A DNA stretch of 64,000 nt from Octopus vulgaris (taxonomy: Eukaryota). The notes beneath the pieces were generated by a model. It had not been told where the DNA came from and ran no database searches. It worked only from the letters and a program-made list of their open reading frames with translations. Positions 56,052 to 64,000 of this stretch are shown here, in pieces. The stretch is taken from the NCBI GenBank assembly GCA_951406725.2, contig OX597818.1, forward strand, positions 57,784,001 to 57,848,000. The letters run 5' to 3'. Position 1 is the first letter of the stretch, and each line of letters begins with the position of its first letter. The translations under genes and the position numbers were made by a program.

Positions 56052-56393
56052 ATATCCAGAGGTAATGCAGTACGATCGTTTCCTGCAACTCTATTTAATT
56101 GAACAATGCAATCATTTCATTACATCATTTTAAAATGTAGAGCAATCTCCAGCTGTACAAAGACATGGAATTTAATTAAATTAGAACAGATGGACATATT
56201 AGTATAATTTTACCTAGCATTTCCAAGAAGTTAAGGTGATGGACAAATAACATATTGTACCAACAACATCATAGTTGTAACTCTTTGCGCAGCTGAAGAT
56301 TGCTCTACATTTTAAATTGATGTAATGAAATGATTGCATTGTTCAATGAAATAGAGTTGCATGAAACGATCGTACTGCATTACCTATGAATAT
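56052..56393. mobile_element. Inverted repeat (~112-bp arms, ~118-bp spacer) carrying two divergent hammerheads
   Basis: Arms 56052-56163 and 56282-56393. Confidence 0.85.
56289..56378 (+). ncRNA. Type-I hammerhead ribozyme-like motif with canonical core and long stem II
   Basis: gcag-CTGAAGA-(63-nt imperfect hairpin)-GAAAC GATC GTA-ctgc. Predicted cleavage after 56374. Confidence 0.75.
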
Positions 56394-56414
56394 CCTTTTG
56401 ATTTTAGTCACATT

Positions 56415-56496
<82 letters not shown>

Positions 56497-56501
56497 TGCT
56501 T

Positions 56502-56533
<32 letters not shown>

Positions 56534-57163
56534 GCCTATCTCTTTTTCTGTGTTTCTGTGAACGGCCAGTGTTGAATTGTCGGCCTCTTTCTGGTTAGGC
56601 AACATAGACCGAAAGAATAAGTACGAGCTTTACCCCCCCCAAAAAAAAACAAAAAACAAAACAAAAGGCCCCCAAAACATAAGTGCTAGTGTCGACTCCT
56701 CTGACTACAAATCTTCAAGGTAATGCCCCAGCATGGCCGCAGTATAATTGAAACAATTATTAGATAAACGGATGTTCATAAAAGAAAGAAGCAAACACAC
56801 TTCCACTCCTTCGGGCAATAATCAAGATTCGTGCTCTTTTGCAAATTTCTGATACGATTATGAGCTGCAATCCATTACAGGAAATTGCTTTAGATTATAG
56901 CTAAGGGTAGAAAAATATTCGGCTTGCTTGTAGGAGATGATAGTTTGTCATATATAATATATAAGTCGTATTACAAAGGGAATATGATGTACAGTACGGT
57001 TTGATTTATCACTGGTTTCTGTTCATCGGCAAATTACGCCACTCCAATATATTCCCACAGGCGAAAATTTAGTAAATATGAAGAGAATATTTTAAAAACG
57101 GCCTTCTCGTTGCTCAAGAGTTTCCTCAAAGAATTATTGCCATTTAAGGGAGGGATTCTGTTA

Positions 57164-57410
57164 TTTACTTGTTTCAATCATTTGACTGCAGCCTTGCTTG
57201 TGCACTGACTTGAAGGGATTTGTTTTTAACCGAACAACTTGAGCGGAACACTAATTTCTTAACACCAGTACTTATTCTAACGGTTTCTTTTACCGAACTG
57301 CTAGGTTACAGGGACGTAAAAACACGTTCAATGGCGTCTTTGGTGTCAATGGTGTCAAATGGTGATGGTGGGACAAACACAGGAACAAAGACACAAACAC
57401 ACTCACACAC
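57164..57410 (-). mobile_element. Degenerate SINE family A 3' half
   Basis: tttacttgtttcaatcatttgactgc...ccagtacttattcta...gggacaaacac. Confidence 0.7.
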
Positions 57411-57837
57411 ACAATTAACAGACAGCTTTACATTATACAATTCAGAGTGGATAAAAAAAATCTAAACGGCGAAATTTAAGGATATCAGCAAAAAACCTTG
57501 AAGAAACTGCACTGGCTTTATTCTTGGACTGCAATTGTAACGGTTGCTTATTGGTGCAACTGAAGCATGTGTTGGTCGTAAAACCAGTATATAAATTAAA
57601 GAACTAAAGGTAATACTATTCAACATCATAGTAGTCCCTATTAATTATTATAATTATTATATTGATTATATATATATACTATGTGAAAAGGACGGACGTT
57701 GTCTCACAAGCAGTTTTGCAGGCAAAGGTGTTAATAAATGTGGTCTGATTGACCTGAAAATTTGCACACCAATGTTAAAATTGCTGGGGAGTTTGCGTGG
57801 CAACATTACGTTTGCTCAATTGAAAAGCGTAGCCGAT

Positions 57838-58125
57838 ATATAAACTTAGATAAACTTAGATATGTTTCGACCAATGATTGGTCCAGGCCATGTCTAACTT
57901 AATAGCACCACCTGATAGGATTATTTGAATCCTATTTAAGTCAAGATTTGTTTATGGTCCATTCAAGTAGTGAGTTTTTGTTGGGTGAGTTGTATTCAAT
58001 TACGGGTGGCTTATCTGGTATTCCTTGAAGGAATCTATCCAGACAACGTTTAAGGTTGATGGGATCCTGCTCCTCTTTGATTTCTTTCGGGACAATGTTA
58101 AATAGGGCAGCGCCTGTTGAGGAAA
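57838..58125 (-). mobile_element. CR1/L2-group LINE 3' end
   Basis: [49 protein letters not shown], then a 3' stem-loop gaccaatcattggtc and a (tatctaagtt)2 tail. Confidence 0.75.
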
Positions 58126-58158
58126 AGAAATTATGTTGTAGTGTACATGTATGCTGTG

Positions 58159-58206
<48 letters not shown>

Positions 58207-59198
58207 AACATATAAATATATATATATATATATATATACATACAAGTTTATATGTATAAATATATATACATGTATGTATATATAGACCCACGCATACGCA
58301 CACGTATATATATGTATATTTATTGAACCTAATTTAAGAAAGAGAAAAGGTGGCCTCCGGTAGATGTGATTTGAAACCGATAAAATGCTGTATCTTTATA
58401 CAACACCTTAAAGTTCCTCTATTTTTCATAATTCTTTTAGCACATAAAGTTGTAAACTGATGTAAGAGAGGACACATATATAATTAAAACATTGTTATGT
58501 AAGTCATAAATGGATTAGGGCATGAAAAGAGATGCAATTTAGAAAAATAGCATAATGAGAAACTTTTTTTTCTTCTGCTAAAGGGGAAGAAAATTTCTCT
58601 TCGAGATAATTAGAATTAGGAGAGAAAATTGAAAATAAATGTTCAAATAGATATTATATATAATAGAACAGGGAAAAGATCATGAAAGTGTAATTAATTG
58701 AAGCTAGTGAAAAAGAACTATCTCCAAAGACTCAATTTGCAAGCGAATTTTGGATGAATTTAGTACAGCTGATTACAATGACGTGAACTTCAACAATTTG
58801 TGCTAGAAATGGCGACATGTTCTTGAAATGAGTTTAATTAATTTGTCAGTACAATTTTAATCAATGTGGTTTTAGAATTAGCAGAGGGAGAAAAATGTTG
58901 AAATTCAAATAAATATAACATGTGAATAATGAACTTATGTATGCTCGGCGCCGAAAGAAAATGAAGTTTTGTTTTTAGTTTGTCCACAAATTTAATTCTT
59001 TGAAGAAAATGTTGCTAAATATGTCAATATGTATCACGTACGTGATGAATGAAAATATACAATGAGGTGTATGTACGGTAGCGATCTTAAATACGATTAG
59101 AACAAATATTTCTGCTATTACGCAAACAGTTCAAACTGAACATACTCGAAAAGCCGGCAAAAATAATTTACATTCGTTGATAATACATACATGAATAC

Positions 59199-59308
<110 letters not shown>

Positions 59309-59557
59309 GTATATATGTGTGTGTATATATATATATATATATGCAGGTTTGGCCAAAAGTCATCTCATATTAATTCTAAAATTAAAACAGAAAATTATTT
59401 TATATGTGACTTCACTAATAAATAGACCAATATTTAAAAAGAAAACCGTTGATTTTAACTCACAGCGTTCAATTATTGACCACTAATGATTGGAATGAAT
59501 AAATAATATTGAATATTAAGTATTTATAGAATTTTCATTTTTTGTCGGGTGTGTGTG

Positions 59558-59604
<47 letters not shown>

Positions 59605-59671
59605 GCATATATATATATGTATATATATTTATCTCTCACCAGATGGAGAAATTTCTATCACGATTCAGTAC

Positions 59672-59752
<81 letters not shown>

Positions 59753-60195
59753 ATATGTATATATTGAAGACGATTAAAATGTTTCACAAACAGTTAATCT
59801 AAGTTTCACGTAGTTGAGCATCTGACATTTATGATAAGAGAGATTAGTAAAAAGAAAATAAATTTTGTATATCTATAAGTGTTTATTGTCCCCGGTTCAA
59901 CGAATAAATCCTTAAAACCGATTAAGCAACCACTTTGAAAAGAACGATGTAAAGTAGGTTGAAAAATGGGAATTCGCAGCGACGGAAAAATATATTGAGA
60001 ATTGTTGAATCAAATGATATTATATGAGATATACGCTGTACGTAGGAGTTCAAAGAAATAATAAACGGAAAATGATGAACAAACAGGAAAAAGGAAAACA
60101 ATTACAATATTTATAATATAATTAAATGTAAGCAAGCCAAAATTTATAATAATAACTAGTAAGTGAAATTAAAATAAACGCACAAATAACAATAT

Positions 60196-60600
60196 TACTC
60201 TTTACTCTCTTTGACTTGTTTCAGTCATTTGACTGCACCATGGTGGAGCACCGCCTTTAGTCGAGCAACACGACCCCGGGACTTATTCTTTTGTAAGCCC
60301 AGTACTTATTCTATCGGTCTCTTTTGCCGAACCGCTAAGTAACGGGGACATAAACACTCCAGCATCGGTTGTCAATCAATGCTAGAGGGACAAACACAGA
60401 CACAAAAACACACACACGCATATATATACATATATACGACGGGCTTCTTTCAGTTTCCGTCTACCAAGTCCACTCACAAAGCTTTGGTCGGCCCGAGGCT
60501 ACAGTAGAAGACACTTGCCCAAAGTGCCACGCAGTGGGACTGAACCCGGAACCATGTGGTTGGTTAGCAAACTACTTACCACACAGCCACTCCTGCGCCT
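60196..60600 (-). mobile_element. SINE family A
   Basis: Full-length reverse copy. Confidence 0.9.
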
Positions 60601-60809
60601 ATATGATAAAGAAAAACAAGAAAGTAAAAGAAAAGAATGAAGAAAATTAAGAAAAGAACGCGAGAAGAAAGGATAAAGAAAGAAAGGGTGAATAGGAGGA
60701 AAGAACAGGTGGTAATTTGCTTTAAAGGTGTTAGATTGGCAGCATGGGTCAACATCTTGGGATGTTCACTGCAGTATAAAGAGTTACAAAACATTCTAAA
60801 CAAACAAGG

Positions 60810-61014
60810 GGGCAAGCTCTTAGAAACGGTAGTACGCCGTATGAAATTCTTAGCGGTATTTCGAATGTCTTTACGTTCTGAGTTCAAATTCCGCCGACGT
60901 CAACTTTACCTTTCATCTTTTTGGGGTCGATAAATTAAGTACCAGTTACATACTGCGGCCGATCTAATCGACTGATCCACACCCCAAAGATTTCGGGCCC
61001 CTTGTGTCTAGAGT
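60810..61014 (+). mobile_element. SINE family B, older variant
   Basis: gttctgagttcaaattccgccgacgtcaactttacctttcatc. Confidence 0.8.
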
Positions 61015-61339
61015 ACAACAAAAAAGAAGCATTTTAAACAAGTCCAATCTAGTTTGAATGGGCTAATTAATAGTCGTTACGAAGCTGCTTTTGTTGCTTA
61101 TAGCTAATTTGTTCACAGATTACGAGCTTGAGGTGACCTCACAGGCTACTTGGTCAGCGATATACTTCATCGGTTGGAATGATTTTCGATTTGGCATTCG
61201 GCGCTTGGCTATCTAATACTGGTGATACAAAATTTCAGGTGAAATCATCACGTGATAGAATCAAGAGATCCACCGATGCTGATAACAATTTTAGGATCCG
61301 ATGAGTTCTATACACACACACACCCGCACAAGCACACTT

Positions 61340-61395
<56 letters not shown>

Positions 61396-61397
<2 letters not shown>

Positions 61398-62608
61398 CTA
61401 TTGCATCTCTTGCTCTCTCTGCAATTCCTTGTACATCGGACAAACGGGACGCCGCTTGGCTGACCGGTTCGCGGAACACCTTCGTGACATCCACCTTGCG
61501 AACGACACACCGGTCTCACGCCATTTCCGCTCCACCGGTCACTCCTTGCAACACCTATCTGTGTTCGGTTTGTCTTTACACAGAGGCCATCCGGATTCCC
61601 GTTTGCGCCGTGAACAGGAATTAATCTTCTCTCTTCGCTCTTATACGCCTTTTGGTCTCAACTCTCCCCCTCCTCATCTAACCCCCCCTCCCCCCTCCTC
61701 ACCTATCCTTTCCCCCCGACCCCTACTTCTTCAGTCCTTCATCCTTTCACCCCTACTCCCCTTCCCTTCTTCCCTCTTTCTCCCTCCCTCTTCCCCTTCC
61801 CTCTGCTCCCTCACTCCCTCTCTCCCCTTCTCTCTCCCCCTCTCCCTATTTTCTCCTTCATCCCCCTCCTCCCCCATCCTCTCCTCCCCCTCTTCTTCCC
61901 CTCCCTTCTCTCCCCCTCTTCTCCTCACTACACCACATGACTTTACACATCACATCACATATGATGTGCCATACTAATACACACACCAACTAATACGTAC
62001 TAATACGTACTAATACATACTAGTACATACTAATACATACACCAACCCTATACATACACACGTCCAGACCCCGCATACGCACTTATACTCTCTCATACAC
62101 ACACACACTTATACATACCAATACGTACTAATACATACTAATACATACTAATACATACACCAACCCCATACATACGCACGTCCAGACCAATCCTACGCAC
62201 TAATACTCTCTCATACACACACACACACACACACACCCTTATACATACTAATACATACACCAACCCTATACATACACACATCCAGACCCCTCCTACGCAC
62301 TATTAGCTGGTCCCTCAACCCTTTTATCAACCCTATTATCTCCCCTTATTTCGCTCTCGCGTCTCATGTTTGATCTTTGACCTCTGGCCGAAATCAGATC
62401 GCCATGTTGATTCGTTAGCTACTGCACGCATTTTTTTTCTCTCCTTCTTTCTGTGTTTTTCTCTCCCTGTGTATCTTTCTGTTGAAGAGCGTAGGCTCGA
62501 AACGTTAAAGACTTGTTTTATTTATATTTCCTGAGCGCCATACTAATACAATTGTTCGTTTGTTTTCCACCTGCCTTCGTCTTTTGTTTATTTTCATAAA
62601 GCTTCCCG

Positions 62609-62610
<2 letters not shown>
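61396..62610 (+). mobile_element. 5'-truncated Penelope-like element: GIY-YIG endonuclease (61396-61665), pyrimidine tract, tandem repeats, terminal repeat with hammerhead-like motif (62474-62511)
   Basis: IYCISCSLCNSLYIGQTGRRLADRFAEH...PVSRHF...GH...RLRREQELIFSLRSYTPFGLN, uninterrupted. (TA)n at both ends. Confidence 0.9.
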
Positions 62611-62656
<46 letters not shown>

Positions 62657-62828
62657 GTAGCACGGAATTTTGTCAGCGAACAAATTCCATTTAAATGTTG
62701 AAGTGAATCTAACGGATTTTGTGTGTTCCTTAAATGACTTATAAACAACTTCCACGCTGCAATTGTTTTCGTTCCAGCAAATGATCTCAGATCAGGTCAC
62801 TTGCTATGTAAGTACATCTCTGTAATAT
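62657..62828 (+). mobile_element. Second copy of the 53295-53537 family, hammerhead interior deleted
   Basis: agcacggaattttgtcag...cttccacgctgcaattgttttcgtt...aagtacatctctgtaatat. In (TA)n. Confidence 0.75.
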
Positions 62829-62842
62829 ATATACACACATAC

Positions 62843-62909
<67 letters not shown>

Positions 62910-63381
62910 CATACATACATACACACATACAATCATATATACATACATACATACATACACACATACATATCATACATACATACATACATACATACACACA
63001 TACAATCATATATACATACATACATACATACATACATACATACATACATACATACATACATGCATACATACATGCATACATACGTAGCCTTCTACGTCAT
63101 CTCGTCATACCTGCTCCCATGATATCCCCATAAAAGCAAACCACTCTATGTTTTATCCTTTATCCTCCTCCAGCAATGATCTTGCCTTTCTGCTTTAATT
63201 CCTTTTGCTTTGTTTGTTTTTCCTTCGCTTATTTGCATTTGTGTAAATGCTTACATCTGTTATATGCTATTCTAATTACTTGCAATTCCTTATTCTTGAA
63301 ATTATCTAATCATATTCTGTTAATGTTTTTCTCCCGTACTTACAGATATGCTTTTCTTTTTCTTAAAGATATGCTTTTCTC

Positions 63382-63785
63382 AAGGCGGCGAGCTGTCAGA
63401 AACGTTAGCACGCCGGGCGAAATGCTTAGCGGTATTTCGTCTGCGTTACGTTGTGAGTTCAAATTCCGCCGAGGTCGACTTTGCCTTTCATCCTTAAATT
63501 AAGTACCAGTTACATACTGGGGTCGATGTAATAAACTTAATACCTATGTCTGTCCTTGTTTGTCCTCTCTGTGTTTAGCCCCTTGTGGGTAATAAAGAAA
63601 TAGATATTTCGTCTGTCGCTACGTTCGGAGTTCAAATTCCGCCGAAGTCGACTTTGCCTTTCATCCTTTCGGGGTTGATAAATTAAGTACCAGTTACGCA
63701 CTGGGGTCGATGTAATCGACTTAATACCTATGTCTGTCCTTGTTTGTCCCCTCTGTGTTTAGCCCCTTGTGGGTAGTAAAGAAAT
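63382..63785 (+). mobile_element. SINE family B dimer
   Basis: Junction gaaatagatatttc (63597-63610). TSD agatatgctt(t/c)tct at 63367-63380 and 63786-63799. Confidence 0.9.
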
Positions 63786-64000
63786 AGATATGCTTCTCTT
63801 TGCGTAAAATTTGTTAATTCAACTATTAATTCCCCTTCCATCTTACTTTTCATCGTTATTCTAAAATTAGTTCCTGAATCAGTTTTCGTTGCTCAGTCAT
63901 GGAATTGGTATCCATAAACACATATATTTACTCATATTTTTTTTATAAAACATTTGATTTCTCTATTTTACTACAACTGTCTGGGGAACGGTTACGTGCA

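Larger units (their letters stand above)
55778..56757 (+). mobile_element. Old SINE family A-related copy (55778-55911 and ~56590-56757) interrupted by a nested insert
   Basis: gccttgtgtgtgaatttggtcgacggaaactg and gaccgaaagaataagtac...ccagcatggccgcagt. Confidence 0.6.

Overview
AT-rich, microsatellite-dense eukaryotic DNA made almost entirely of repeats. The SINE repertoire and the (TA)n/(AAT)n load look like an octopod cephalopod genome (inference from recalled repeat families, not checked). I can support no intact host gene; nearly all ORFs in the track are microsatellite or SINE read-through. Contents: at least 12 copies of a tRNA/CORE-like SINE (family A); many copies of a second tRNA SINE (family B), including TSD-bounded dimers and a 1.6-kb array; 2 copies of a third SINE (family C); two ~400-bp non-autonomous Helitrons; Tc1, maT-like and mariner transposase relics; a mariner MITE; two Academ-like transposase N-termini; R4/Dong-like and CR1-group LINE ends; Penelope-like (PLE) relics including a GIY-YIG domain. 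The main signal is about 11 minimal type-I hammerhead-ribozyme-like motifs from several unrelated short elements, often arranged as inverted pairs and sitting in microsatellites. One is a tRNA-headed, hammerhead-carrying SINE-like element whose forward and inverted copies share one 11-bp TSD (14744-15276). Another is a palindrome with two divergent hammerheads, one with a fully canonical core (56052-56393).
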